Origin: the human T2T-CHM13v2.0 reference genome, Homo sapiens
Direction: 5' to 3' (one strand)
NCBI RefSeq assembly: GCF_009914755.1
Contig: NC_060927.1
DNA length: 64,000 bases
Positions 1-14,805 of this stretch are shown piece after piece (the stretch's first letter is position 1; each line of letters begins with the position of its first letter). A model generated the notes under the pieces. That model did not search any database. It had not been told where the DNA came from and saw only the letters and a list, made by a program, of their open reading frames with translations. Both the position numbers and the translations under genes were made by a program.

Positions 1-303
1 CAGGCAAGGTGGATCACGCTTGTAATCTCAGCACTTTGGGAGGCTGAGGCAAGTGAATCACTTGAGGTCAGGAGTTCAAGACTAGCCTGGCCAACATGGT
101 GAAACCCTGTCTCTACTAAAAATACAAAAATTAGCTGGGTGTGGTGGTTCACACCTGTAATCCCAGGATGCTGAGGCAGGAGAATCACTTGAACCCAGGA
201 GGCGGAGGTTGCAGTGAGCCAAGATCGCACACTGCACTCTAGCCTGGATAACAAAGCGACACTCTGTCTCAAACAAAAAAACAAACAAACAAACAAACAA
301 ACA
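1..303 (+). mobile_element. Alu SINE (AluS-like), first bases cut by the window edge, (CAAA)n tail
   Basis: Dimeric Alu with TGTAATCTCAGCACTTTGGGAGGCTGAGG, A-rich linker and CAAA tail. Confidence 0.93.
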
Positions 304-1986
304 AACTGAGATTCCTTATGGGAAAAAAAAGGTCCAAGATTCCTTATGGAACAAAGTTTCAGCAAAGCCAATTTAAAAAAAAGAGCACTATATACAAATG
401 TGGCACTATATATACAAATTGTGGCACTATAGACAAATAATCAGGCCAAATATAATAAGACTAAAACTAATTTTGCAAATAAATTGGTCCTACCATGATT
501 TGTCTTTGGTAAAAATGAGAGACTGGAGACAGAAAAATTATGTTTCAAGAAAAATTCAAAAAAACTATAGTATACCTATTTTTAGATTCTAGTCTTGTTC
601 ACTGTTTTGAGGTTTTTGATTATTATTTTCTACAATTTGTACTGAATCTTGTATTCCTTCTGGGCTGAAAGTCTCCTAACTTATGTTTTATATTTTTCTA
701 GTCTATAACCCCTTGGGGCTCCAGAGCCTCCAATTCCCACAACACCACAACATCTCAGGTTACATATTGGGTCAAATTCGTACATCTTCCAGGACAACTC
801 CAACTCCTACTCTGCTTTTTAAAATGTGAAATACCCACCTAGGATCAACAGTTAAGCCCACCTTTAAATTTATGCAAAGCCTTTGACCCTAGAAAGGAAC
901 GGCTGTTACCAATATGTAAGAATGTGTGGGGTTGGAGACATGCAATAGACCCTTATATTAATATTACCCAATCATCCCAAAATGCCACACATAAGATGAG
1001 TGCACTCCCATGCTACATTTTTGTGTGTGCATGGGATGGCAAAGAATAGGTGTCCCCATGTCTAAGCAATGAAACTAACAAGGGGTCATATCTTATGGAA
1101 ACTTCAGTGGTCTGTTTTTGTGTTCACAAAAACACTAAAGTCAATCATTGGACGAGCTCCTTCAAATTATTCACTGAGGTAGCAAGAGATTTACCAGGAG
1201 GTATCCCAGATGAAGACAAACTTTTTGGGGCTATTCATTGCTTTCCTGGTGGGGAGTAGCAGCTCATCAATGGGTATTGAGGAATATTTCAAAGACCATA
1301 TTCATATTAGCTAATGAAACTGCCAATTCTTTAACTGATTTTGAAGAATCACTCAATTCACTAGCCCAGGTAGTTTTAGATAATAGAATAGCTCTACATT
1401 ACATGTTTGCCGAACAAGGTGGGGGTTGCATGCTAACTAATTCCTCTTGCTGCGCATATATAAATGCATTTTCACAAATTGAAATTAGAATAGAAAAAAA
1501 TAAGACAGAAAGTTACTTAGTTGCAACATACTCTAGATCAACACACTCTGATATTTCAGATGGCAGGAGACTGGTTTTCTAGCCTATTCACTTGGATTCC
1601 AGATGGCATCTGATTTGTTCTTACGGGCATGTTAAACTGGGCTTAAGGATGTTTACTAATTATCACTGATGCTATTTTATTTTTTTAAATAATTATTTAT
1701 GTTATTCCACAGGGGTGAGGACTATTAAACTTTGTGCCTCTCAGGCTTGAAATCCCCCAGTCAAGCTAATGGTGGAACAACCAATACTATCCCAGGAGGA
1801 TCTGAGTCCCTGTACATCATTAGACCAGTCAGTGAGAGATTTTTACAGCCTCCAAAGTTAGGCAGGGATGACAACCCCGATGAGCAGGAAATAGCTCCAG
1901 AAGATGAGAACTCTAGCCCCTTCTCCTTAAGAAAAAGGAAGATAAAATCTCTCAGGTGATTGGTTGTGGAGGGGCGGGGGTGGGAA
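304..1986 (+). mobile_element. ERV1 (MER4-group-like) internal region, 3' part
   Basis: AT-rich MER4-group-like internal sequence, then an env remnant, then a G-rich polypurine tract (~1968-1986) directly before an LTR. Confidence 0.75.
1050..1700 (+). pseudogene. Decayed gammaretrovirus-like env (SU end / TM subunit)
   Basis: ORF 1238-1582 contains SLAQVVLDNRIALHYMFAEQGGG (immunosuppressive domain-like) and CMLTNSSCC (CX6CC). Frameshifts near 1245 and 1500 and in-frame stops downstream. Confidence 0.88.
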
Positions 1987-2237
1987 TGCGACAGAGTAGG
2001 GATGAGACTTGGGCCTCAACACCCACTAATGCATTTTTTTTTCATATCTGCTGACTACCAGACTTTGCTGTACCACCTCCATTAGTGCCATACCTGCTCA
2101 CCAGACCTTGCAAACTATATGAAGAAACTAAGATAGGCAGCCACCATAAATCCACCATAAATCTTATTCAGAGGAGTTAACCCTATTACAGGCAAGACCA
2201 GCAGAATGACTGATCCTGACCTTTTGCCTCATTGTAA

Positions 2238-3032
2238 TGTGTCTGGAGTTGGTTCCTTCCAGTGGGTTCTTGGTCTCGCTGATTTCAAGAATGAAGCTGC
2301 GGACTTTGAGGTGAGTGTTACAGCTCTTAAAGGTGGCACGGACCCAAAGAGTGAGCAGCAGCAAGATTTACTGTGAAGAGCGAACGAAGAAAGCTTCCAC
2401 AGCGTGGAAGGGGACCCGAGTGGGTTGCCGCTGCTGGCTGGGGTGGCCAGCTTTTTTTTTTTTTTATATACTTTAAGTTCTAGGGTACATGTGCACAATG
2501 TGCAGGTTTGTTACATATATTTACATGTGCCATGTTGGTGTGCTGCACCCATTAACTCATCATTTACATTAGGTATTTCTCCTAATGCTATCCCTCCCCG
2601 CTCCCCCGACCCCATGACAGGCCCCGGTGTGTGATGTTCCCCACCCTGTGTCCAAGTGTTCTCATTGTTCAATTCCCACCTATGAGTGAGAACACGCAGT
2701 GTTTGGTTTTCTGTCCTTGTGGTAGTTTGCTCAGAATGATGGTTTCCATCTTCATTTGGGGTGGCCAGCTTTTATTCCCTTATTTGTTCCCACACACAAC
2801 CTGCTGATTGGTCCATTTTACAGAGTGCTGATTGGTCCACTTTACAGAGTGCTGATTGATCCATTTTACAGAGCACTTATTGGTCCATTTTACAGTGTGC
2901 TGATTGGTCCATTTTACAAACCTCTAGCTAGCCACAGAGAGCTGATTGGTGCGTTTTACAAACCTCTAACTAGACAGAAAAGTTATCCCATTCCCCACTT
3001 GACCCAGGAAGTCCAGCTGGCTTCACCTCTCA
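2238..3032 (-). mobile_element. Solo LTR12 (ERV9 family, LTR12F-like)
   Basis: Reverse complement begins TGAGAGGTGAAGCCAGCTGGACTTCC and ends ...CCAGACACA; tandem CTGATTGG (CCAAT) units at ~2801-2950; flanks GTAA/ATAA. Confidence 0.9.
2452..2756 (-). mobile_element. 5'-truncated L1PA 3' end inserted in LTR12
   Basis: Poly(T), then ATACTTTAAGTTCTAGGGTACATGTGCACAA; 17-bp TSD TGGGGTGGCCAGCTTTT at 2439-2455 and 2757-2773. Confidence 0.93.
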
Positions 3033-3449
3033 ATAATACTAAAATCCCCACTCAAGGAGGAGCTTTCTGCCACTTTTTAGTCATGTGATGTATGAAAAAG
3101 TATGTTTCTACACTACGTTTGCACAGCTGAAACCCCCTCCCTAATCATGCTGACATAGCTTTCCTTTAACATTGACTCCTTTCCCTTGCCAAATAAAGGA
3201 TCACAAGCTGGTGAACTCTCCCTCCTGTACAGTCTCTCTGGTGCTCAAACATAAGCCCCCAATAAAAGCTTTGTCTGGGAAATTTGCTTGGCCTTGTGTC
3301 AGTTTCTACTGCGTAGGAGCCTAAGAACTTGTGGCTGGTAACAGATTCAATGAGTATTTTTGTAATTGGAGGATAGGTTTTCAATAAGTAAGCATCATAG
3401 GAAAATTCTTATATCTAAAAAAATTTTCTTATGTGGGTAAAGTTTAACA

Positions 3450-3921
3450 TTAAGGACTCAGACCCTCGAATTGGCATAAAGAGAATTTTAAACTAAAGAC
3501 ATCTGAGATTCAACAGATGCAGACGGAAGTCTTTTCAAGCTTCCCTTATCTTACTAAAAGCAGAAACTTCTGGGAATGACGCTAAAGGGAGTTTTATAGC
3601 CATGAAGATAAAAATGGAAAAGACCACTCACACATGCATAAACAAGCATCTCAAAGTTTATTTTCTCCTGTTTGTTCACTTAGGAATCTTTTGTTCTTTC
3701 CATAGAAGCCTTTTCTCTTGACCCCTCACCCCTATTAAGTTAGGTATATAAACCTCTAACTCTAGCCATTTAGTCAGCTGCTGCTTTTGTGCATTAGCAT
3801 ATGCATATAAATAAATTTTAGGGTTTTTTTTTCTGTTAATGTGTCTATTGTCAGTTAAATTCACAGGTCACCATTTACAGAATTTAAAAGGATAGAGGAA
3901 AAGTTTTCCTTCCTGATAACA
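3450..3921 (+). mobile_element. ERV1 solo LTR (MER34/MER39-like)
   Basis: Resembles MER34-group LTRs; TATA-like GTATATAAA; ends ...AACA. Confidence 0.55.
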
Positions 3922-4078
3922 TTCTATCCATAATGAGTTTAAATATAATGGCTATTTCTGGGAGAAATGATAGTAAGAAAAGTGTTTATATGATGTATCA
4001 CTAGAGATACACATGATCAATATTAAGGCTGATATTTTGAAAATATTATCTCCTACATTTTAAAAGTTTATGGTCACT

Positions 4079-4401
<323 letters not shown>

Positions 4402-6944
4402 TTATAGTTCCTTAAAGCTTGGTGGATTTCTTTGTTAAATATTTTGGTTAACAAACTAGAGAGGAATTAAAAGGGGTAAGTATCAAATTTTAAAAGTGTG
4501 AAAAATATATGAAATTAAAAGTTTTTAAAACATCAAAATACCAAGCTAAAAACAACTATACTAACTATGAGCTACTCAATATGCTGTAGGTACAAGTTTA
4601 CATGGATTAAAGCAGAAGAGTAGCATTGTGAAATGGAAAGATCATGAGTTTAGAATTCAAAAAAACCTGTATTAAATTTTGGCTTTGCCTCTTCTATATG
4701 GCACCAATGGTGATATTAAGTAATTATTAAAAATTTCACCAACTGAATAGATATGATAACCTGAATTTGCTCTCCTCATTTGTGTGATGGGGGGATAACA
4801 ATAATTTCCTTTAAGAGTTATTCTCCTGCTAGCAATAAGAGATCATGCATACATTGGAAAGATATAGCAGAGTACTTGATGTTAAATTAATAGTTGCTCT
4901 TATATTGCATCATTATTATCAAGAATCAATGACAAGACATATATTTGAAAATACATTTCCTTGTTAACTTCTTCAATGTTTCTTCTACTATGCACATGTT
5001 TGATGATGGAGATCACCTATCACATGATAAATGTGGATTCCTTCCAAAATTATGTTAATTAAAAAGTCAGTACAGTAATTTTGATAGTAAAAAGAATATT
5101 TAATGCTTAATCTTTAATATAATCAAATGATTAGGATAGTATCAATGACTTTTAAGGTATTTAAATATTGGTTAATATGATCATGTAAATTAGGAAATTA
5201 GAAGAAATGCCATTGTCTTTTTCTTATGATATAGTTTTGGGCAACTTGCTTTTCCAGCACACACAGAGTTAGATAGCATTTTTGCTTCGGAGAATTTATA
5301 TTTCTACTTTCATTCCTTGTTTTATTCTTCAATGGATCACTTTTGAGCCATTGACCTTTTGTGGTAAACAAGATATATGTCATGAAATATGATGAAATGC
5401 CACAGTAACAGTAAAATGCACATCTAACATACATTAAAAATATAAAATATTTTAAAAACATTAAACAATAGTTCCTAGAGACATGAAAATATTTTAGCTA
5501 GTGAAACTCCCTTGCTCCTCCCCACTTTAACCAAGCACTAGAAGAGTAGAATGAACCAATGCTATCCATGTAATGTTACAATGACTTTAAACCTGGCCCA
5601 CAAATGTGTGATCTTTGACTTGATACTACTGGGCCACATGTGTTTTAAATGTGGATTATTTGCCAACATACGTATTGAAAGAGGTTGCCTAGAAATCCAG
5701 ATTTATGGCTACTCTTTGAAAACAAATACACACACACACGCCTGCACATGCATGTATATTATACATATAATAAATTAAGGTCAAATATGTAATACATATA
5801 TACATAAAATATTACATGTATATATGTTATATAATATGTAGATATATTATAAATATATATTTTCTATATTAAATATATGATATGATATAATATATCTTGA
5901 ATTCCTACATGGCAACAATTAGCTGGATTCCTTAACATCTTCCCTCTTTACAGAAAATGTACTCCCTAGGTCTTCATAGTTCCCTCCCTCCCTGTTTCTC
6001 TCTGATACTGAAAAACAAATTATAGACAACCTGCTTATTCATACACATGACCTGCCTCGTCCTTGAAGGAATTTTAATTTTAATTCTCTGTAACATATGC
6101 ATACTTTTAAAGAATGAAATAGTTATAACAATAGTAGCTTATGAAAATAATTTCACATTCCAAATTTCTGAAATGCATATAAATTAAATTGCTTATTACT
6201 TCACTTTCTAAAACAATCCAAGTATCTCTAGACCACCTGGTCACTTGATGGGGATCACTACTGGTCTATGAACCCACTTTGAGAAACACTGGTTTATAGG
6301 ATAAAGTACTAACTCCTTAGCATTGCATTAAAAAACAAATATCATCTGATCCTTCCCTTTCTTTACAACCTTGACTCATAAAACCTAACTCTCACCAAAA
6401 TATTTTTCTCGACCATAAGATAAGATTCATAACTGTTAGAATTTGTATGCTCAATAATAAATCCTTTTGCTTAGGCTTTCCTTTGTTCAGCATATTTGCT
6501 CACATCTTTGTCTATCTGGCAAGATAATTTTGGCTTATATGTCAGCCTTCCTACCTTATCTGTCAACTTAACAGGAACATTCTTGTTTGTCTTTTTATGT
6601 CCACCATTTTTATAGTTCCTGGAACAAATTCAATAGGTAGTTTACAATATGTTTACGGAATGAATGCAAGAATGAATTATGTTGCTTTGAAACATTTGAA
6701 TCAAAACCCAAACCAACAATTGAAATCAAAACCTAATCAACAGCTGTGGTGATTTGTAGAAAAGACAATTCATATTCTGAGTGTTTATTCTAAGATGGTA
6801 ACCCAAGAAAGAACATGGTGTTTAAGGGCATGTATGAGTTGGGGACCGTTTATTTCAAGATAACTCTCATACTGAAGGATTTTCTTTTCTTGTCTCATCA
6901 TTGAGGGTGGGAGCTCCATTGCCAAATTAATGAAAGACATTCTG

Positions 6945-7038
6945 CTCAGGTTGGTCTCATACTCCTGACCCCAAGTGATCCTCCTGTCTCAGCCTCCCAA
7001 AGTGCTAAGATTACATGTGTGAGCTACCATGCCCAGCC
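6945..7038 (-). mobile_element. Alu left-monomer fragment
   Basis: CCTCCCAAAGTGCTAAGATTACA...CCATGCCCAGCC. Confidence 0.8.
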
Positions 7039-8873
7039 TAATTTTGCTTTTTAAAGCAATGGATTTGAATGGAAAGCAAATGAAAAAAACCTAGTTTCTT
7101 TATTGCTTATCTATTAAGCTCTCTATTTCTCATCTTTTTTCCCCAACAGAGTGGGAGCTATCCATAAAATGGGCAACAATCAACAATAACAACAGAAGTA
7201 TGTCTTCCATGTGTTTAATACTTTCTGGGAACATGAAGCAGTTGAACTGTGAAGAGTCCTAAGTCTTTCTGTTGCATCCCTCCTTTTACTCTTCCCTGGC
7301 TTCTTGCCAGCACTGGAGTCATGTGGAATCTCCATGGCTCCTGAAGTTTCTCATTTTCAACACCAGGTGGTAAATCCTGGGCATCCTTCTTTGAAGGCAT
7401 TTATAAACCAAGAGGAAGTGAGAGGAGGATCCTGTTGAAGGCTGGAATGAAAGTCTTTAGGTTCCAGAGCAGCTTTTAGTTTGAAGGAAATTTAGTCACC
7501 CCTTCAAATGTCATCAGGAGTAGATTCCATGTGATGGCAACTCACTGTAAGTAGTTGTACTCTGCTTTCAGTAACTCTAACAACATTCATCTGGGAGATA
7601 GTTAATTCAAGCTTTGGTTACGCTGACAGCAAAATTAATCTTCCAAGGAGATGTACTATATAGACATTGAAGATGAGATATCAGATTCAGTGTAAACATC
7701 TCTGTCAGTGAAAAGAGCTGGAGTTATAGCCAGGCAAATGCGTTAGAAATTACTTCATTAGGACATATCATAGAAGTAGATGAATTGAGAAAAAAAGTGT
7801 CTACTTCAAGCAAATTATGCAATTTTTAAATGAAGGCTAGAAAAAATAAGCATACTTTAATTTATCACAATTATGGACAATAGTGAAGAATCCATATACT
7901 TGCTCCAATCAGTAAATGGCTGCATTGCTTAATCTCATCAATAATGAAAGTGCTACAGTCGGTGCTCTGAGAAACAATTCTTAACATAAGGCACCAGTTG
8001 GTCTGGGAATAGCACAGTTTAAAAACCAATAAAAACTAATCTCAAACTGTGACATCGTATTATCCTGCCATGAGATACATTTTATCAGAGGGAGCAAACA
8101 AATATCTATAGAATTTATTTTGAAACATATATTTATGTCATTTGTCTCTTCAAATTATGCCAGGATCAAATAAGCTGAGTGAAGTATTACTGGATGTGAA
8201 CTAAATTATGGTATAACAAATAAGATCATATTTCCCCAAACATGTAATCTATCACTGAGCTATTTGGTACAGTACACTACACTTAAAAGAGATACATTCT
8301 CCAAGATCTATACATTAAAAAGAACTCTAATGGTAACTGATACACACAAAAGTGGGTGGCTGTAAAGGAAAAAAAAACTAACCAAAAGTTTTCCAATATT
8401 TTAAAGTCACATAGTTTAAACATGTTGAAATATAGAAACTTAACCAGGCAGTTACATTATTCTGGTATCTTTTTAGTGTGGATTTTGGTTGCACTTAGGA
8501 ACAGATGCATCACTATAGGGTGCATTTAAATATGTACTTTATAGCTGAGAAAAAAAGATCAGATTCAGTGGTATTTTCAATGGAAATATGAAAGAATCAT
8601 AATTGCCACTAAAATGTCTACAGGTAACCCTTCTTAGTTAATACATCAATGCACCTCAGCACATTTTATGGAATCTTAGGCTGTGTGGAAAACAGTTAAT
8701 GAAACTTTAACCTAGTAACTGTGGGGGCCAATGCCCTTGACCCCCTAAAACTCGCTGAAAAATTACTGATATGAGGCACATTGATTAATAGAATAAAAAC
8801 TTACAAATTTGCTTAACATGTATACATGGGAGCCTTCAGCATAAAGACCCAAAGATACAGAAAAAATTGTCCA

Positions 8874-9589
8874 TTTTTTTCAGCTTTTATTTTAGGATTG
8901 GGGGTACATGTGCAGGTTTATTGCAAACATATATTGCATGATGTTGAGACTTGTAGTATGAATGAATCCATCACGTAGGTAGTGAGCATAGTTCCCAATA
9001 GTTTTTCAGCCCTTGCTCCCCTCTCTCTCCCTGCCTAGTAGTACCCAATGTTTATTGTTCCCATCTTTGTGTCCATGTGTACCTAATATGCAGCTACAAC
9101 TTGTAAGTGAAAACATGCAGTTTTCTGTTTCTGCATTAATTCACTTAGTATAATGGCCTCCAGCTGCATCCATGCTGCTGCAGAGGACATTATTTCATTC
9201 TTTTTTATGGCTGTGTAGTATTCTGTGGTGTATATGTACCACATTTGCTTTATCCAGTCCACCACTGATAGGCACTTGGGTTGATTCCATGTCTTTGCTA
9301 TTGTGAACAGAGCTGAGATGAACACACAGGGTAAGTGTCTTTTCAGTAGAATGACATATTTTCCTTTGAAAGTGGGATTGCTGAGTTGAATGATAGTTCA
9401 ACTCTTAGTTCTTTGAGAAATCTTCAAACTGGTTCCCACAGTGGCTGCGCTAACTTACATTCCCATCCACAGTGCCTAAGTGTTCCTTTTTCTCTGCAGG
9501 CTCACCAACATCTGTTTTTTTTTTTTACTTTAAAAAAAAAGCCATCCTGACTGCTGTGAGATGATCTCTCATTGTGGTTTTCATCTGCC
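8874..9589 (-). mobile_element. L1PA15/16-like 3' fragment
   Basis: L1 3'UTR plus ORF2 C-terminal remnant (FTIAKTWNQPKC...WYIYTTEYY); TSD AAATTGTCC(A/G)TTTTT at ~8864 and ~9590. Confidence 0.88.
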
Positions 9590-9656
9590 AAATTGTCCGT
9601 TTTTATGCTTAGGTTCAACACAGTATGGATAGCTGTGTAGAAATATAACTGAACTA

Positions 9657-10041
<385 letters not shown>

Positions 10042-11122
10042 TCATTCTTGATTCTTCTTCGCCTCTCTGAGCATGTATTCCTTCCTTCTGGGTGTGGGGC
10101 AGGGCCTTCTCTGGAATGGGGGTCTTATGACCTGCAGTCAAACAAGGTAGGTTGAGTAATTTCTTTGTAGCCCATTTTTACACAGCTTGAACAGAGGGAC
10201 AGAATAATATTTTTAGGTTTTATGGCTGGCTCTGGGGAAAAGGACTTCTGGTTTCTATCACCTACCTTTGGGAAGAGGGATTCTAGCTAACCTGGCGGCG
10301 AGGGGGAGAATGGGATTGAGAGACAGGGAGACAGGAGATCAGAGAAAAACTTTTGCTTCTGAGGCTCCTGCGGAGACCTTCGTTTGGGGCATTGTTTTCT
10401 AATCCCCAACACAATCCAGTTCCATTAAAATTTGTTTTTGTACTTGTCTTTTCAACAAACAGAACTCTATTGAAAATAAAGTAAACACAATGGAAAGAAA
10501 GCAAACAGCTCTTGATGATCAACTTTCATGACCTTTAAGATGTAAAAGAAACTTTTTAAAAGAACTCTACTTAATGTAGAGAGATATTATCTTTATCTTT
10601 GACAGGAAGGAAATGACATAGTAGTCTCTATCTTCCATGGTGAGTAGCTGAGGAGATAAGGTATGTAAAGTTCTGTGGGTCTATAAAATGCTGTAGAAAT
10701 GTTACTTGTTAAAGAGCCAGGAAATCTATAGAATATATTCAGCTTTCCTGTGATTCTAGTTTCCATGAATTCTTTTCCTGTTTTTTTCCTTCTTTCTCCT
10801 GAATTGTCCCTGAATAAATTAAATAGCCTTACAAAGCTTCCTGATCCTAAGGAATTCTTAACATGCTAACATGTGGGGGACCACAAATTTAACACAATAC
10901 AGCAACATGGATGCCTGTCTAGCTCTGTTCTCGTCTTCCTCATGGGCCCTCAATTCAGTTTACATATAGTCTAATACATTAATCATAAGACAACTTGACT
11001 TCTTTGTTCATTCAGTAAAACCTTTCTTCAGGGACTGCTATGTGTGAGACACTCTCCTAGGGGCAGGGAATTTAAAATGGACCAATGAAGAGCAATCTGC
11101 TATCATGGTGCTTATTTTCTGA

Positions 11123-11457
<335 letters not shown>

Positions 11458-11914
11458 AGGTACTTATTCTTACACCTTTTAGGAAATATTAAGTCTTAGA
11501 TAAAATACTCAGTTTCTTAGATGACTTCTCCTTCTCTGCTTCTTTCCCTAAAATTACTTTCTGGTATGGTATATGAGTAGAGGGTATGTGCCTACATGGC
11601 CTCATGATGGAGGTAAAGATTTGATGTTTTCATACGTTGACTTCTGGTATCTAGTGTGATGTCCCTTGTCTACTCAGTGAGAACGATGGATAAGTCAGCA
11701 GGCAGTTACAATACAGTGCGGTTAGCACTGTGATAGGGACATTATGACATGGTTACCACATCGCACAACTCCAGCAGCACCATTGCCATAGACCATGATG
11801 TAAATAATGCTCCCCTGAGTGTTTCAGTGCATGATTTCAGCACTTATATGTGGAAAGCCTGAGAAAAGCACAAAAGTGGACCATTCAGACTTGGAAATTA
11901 AAAGAAACAATATA

Positions 11915-12246
11915 TATGGTCGCCCCTTGGTATCTACAGTGGGGGATGGTGGGGCAGGATTGGTTCCCAGACTCCTGCAGATCCTCAAGTCTTTTATAGA
12001 AAATGGCATAATATTTGCATAAATATAGCCTATGCATATCTTCCTGTATACCTTAAGTCATCTCTAGATTCGTTATAATACCTAATTCAATGTAAATGCT
12101 TTTTTAAATAGTTGTTTTACTGTGTTGCTTAAAAATTTGTTTTTTATTGTTGTGTTGTAATTTTTCTATTGTCTTCCTGAATATTTTCAGTCTGCAGTTG
12201 GTTGAATCCATGGGTGTGGAACCTTGAATTCAGAGGGCTAACTGTA
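11915..12246 (+). mobile_element. MER2 (Tigger-family DNA transposon MITE)
   Basis: GGATTGGTTCC..., TCATCTCTAGATT...TAATACCTAA, end GAGGGCTAACTGTA. Confidence 0.8.
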
Positions 12247-13620
12247 TAGTGAGACCTAAAGATATTGGCAGAAATTGGCTGTATGAAGGTGGAGGAGGGT
12301 GAGTATATAAGAATCAGTTGAGCAAAGACCCAGAGGCCAGAGAAAACATATCTTACAAAAGAATTAAAAGAAGTTCACTTTAGTTGGGGTGTTGAGCGGG
12401 AAAGAAAAAACAATGAGAATGTGTTGAACATCTTCCAACAGTTCCCACTTGTCCTTGGCCATTCCCAGAGATATGAACCAGAGACTAGGAGCAAGGATGG
12501 GGAGGAAAGATGAGTTCATTCTTTCACATGTTAAGTTTTAGGTGGATGAGTTGGTGGTCATCCAAGGAGAAATGCATAAGAAACTATTGTTATACACAGT
12601 TCTAACATCCAAAAGAACAATCTGGTAGGGAGATAGAGTAAGACAAAGGGGATAAATTTATGAATGTTGGCTAAAACCATGATACAGAAACAATTTTCCA
12701 AGGAGAAGAAGGTTGTCTTTTTTTTTTTTTTGACAAATCTTACTTTATCAAATAAAATGTCACACATGGTTGAAGAACACTCAAATAGTAAGTCAAATAT
12801 AGTCAGATGTTAAAGATTAGTCTTCAAATATTATAGCCAGTGATGCCACGATTGCCTATGATCTCTCCAGTGTAAATCCACACCCACACCTCAGTGGCTA
12901 CCAAACCAGAGCAGCTTCTTTAACTGAGCTGTCTGGAGCTACCAGTTTGAGCACTATTGCCTATTTTTTCCAGGCTCTGAATTGCTCTAGGGATCTCAGC
13001 AGAGGTTGGAGGAACAAGCTCCACCCTGGCATAGTATCAAGGGCTTCAAATCAAGGCTTCAAGTAAGTCACATCAGTGTTCACCAGCACCAGGGCCTTCT
13101 CCACAATGTTACAGACAAATTGGGATAGAAAATCTGTTGCCCTAAACAGCTGGCTGAATCTGTTTGTCTTTTGGATCAAAGTATTCCAACAATTTGATAA
13201 AAGCTACTAAAAAATATAAATATACAAAACATATTTTGTAAATGGGGTATTATGTATTTCTGAAAGTGGGAGGAATCGGTGGTAGTTTCCACTCACCCAC
13301 CTTCATTACATACATGTATAATAAAGCAACATACAACATTAAATTGTGTGTTTTAGACATTTTATAAATGGTATTATGCTGTCCTTATTACTCTGTGCCT
13401 TGGTTTTTCTCACTGATTTAATCACTTAAACACACATGAATCTAATTCATTTATTTACCTGCATTATGATATTCCATGTAAAAATAAGACACCTCTCATT
13501 TAATCTCTTGTTGATAGACATTTACATTATGTCTAATATACCGTTTGTATTAAGAAGCTACAATGAGCATCCCTGTATTTTGTTCTTTGTGCACTTGTGC
13601 AAGAGTTTATCCAAAATATA

Positions 13621-13967
13621 TACAGTAGTCCCTTCTTATCTGTGGGTAATACATTCCAAGAACCCCAGTGGATGTCTGAAACCTTGAATACTATTTAACT
13701 CTATATATACTACTTACGGTATTTCCTATGTATACATACCTAGGATAAAATTTCTTTTATAAATTAGGCACAGTAAGAGATCAACAATAATAACTAATAA
13801 TAGAACAATCATAGCAATATACTGTAATAAAAGTGTATTTTTATACACTTATACTCTCTCTCTCAAAATATCTCATTGTACTGTGCTTGGCTATATTTGG
13901 TCTGCAGTTGACTGGAGGTAACTGAAACTGTAGAAAGTGAATCCAAGGGTAAGAGGAGACTACTGTA
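13621..13967 (+). mobile_element. MER44 (Tigger-derived MITE)
   Basis: Inverted termini TACAGTAGTC...GACTACTGTA with TA target sites. Confidence 0.82.
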
Positions 13968-14509
13968 CTTAGCAGCTGCTAAGTCAAACAATTTTTAAAA
14001 CATATTACGTATGTCTAAATTGCCTTCCTAAGTTATTCAACCAACTTATCCTCCAATCAATATTATGTGAGATTTACTCCACATTCTCTTCAACACTTGG
14101 CATTATCAGACTTCCACATTTTTGCCAGTCTAATGAATATGAAATGCTGTTATTATTGTCTTAACTTGAATGTTTCCATTCATTTCTGAGCATTTTTTTC
14201 TTTTGTTTGTTGGTCACTTAGATACCCTAGTCTCTAAATTTTATATGCTTTGCCCATTTATTGATTTGGTGCTTTGTATTTTTCGTATTGATTGACCTAA
14301 ACTCTTTATATATTATATATAATAATCCCATTCCTTATACATCAAGCAAACATATCTTTCCATTCCGTGCTTATCTTTTATTTTATAACTTTGTTAAAGT
14401 AAATCAATTTTTGTTTTATGTTACTGTTTTTTAAAGTCCTTCCTAAGAAATCTTTCCTATAACAAAAGATCATAAATATATTCTCCTAAGTTTTCTTTTA
14501 GATACTATA

Positions 14510-14805
14510 TTTTTTGTTGTTGTTGCGATAGAGTCTCATTCTGTCACCCAGGCTGGAGGGCAGTGGTGTGATCTCAGCTCACTGCAACATCTGCCTCCTG
14601 AGCTCAAGTGATTATCCTGCCTCAGCCTCCTGAGTAGGTGGGATTAGAGGTGCGCGCCACCACACCCAGCTAATTTTATATTTTTAGTAGAGACAAGGCT
14701 TTGCCATGTTGGCCAGGGTGGTATTGAACTCCTAACCTTAGGTAATTTGCCTGCCTCAGCCTCCCAAACTGCTGGCATTACAGGTGTAAGCCACCGTGCC
14801 CAGCC
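14510..14805 (-). mobile_element. Alu (AluS/J)
   Basis: Antisense Alu dimer. Confidence 0.9.

Larger units (their letters stand above)
1987..3342 (+). mobile_element. ERV1 3' LTR (MER4-group), split by an LTR12 insertion
   Basis: Starts TG after the PPT, has AATAAA near 3261, ends ...GGTAACA; sequence is continuous across the 2238-3032 insert. Confidence 0.75.

Noticed and set aside
308-438. Short duplications (AGATTCCTTATGG x2; GCACTATA-based units x3)
   Set aside because: Slippage products in decayed ERV sequence with no sign of function
1238-1582. Possible functional syncytin-like gene
   Set aside because: Flanking frameshifts and stops, no signal peptide, no intact furin site or membrane anchor
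2800-2952. Regularly spaced repeats resembling a CRISPR array
   Set aside because: No unique spacers; this is the LTR12 CCAAT tandem array in eukaryotic DNA
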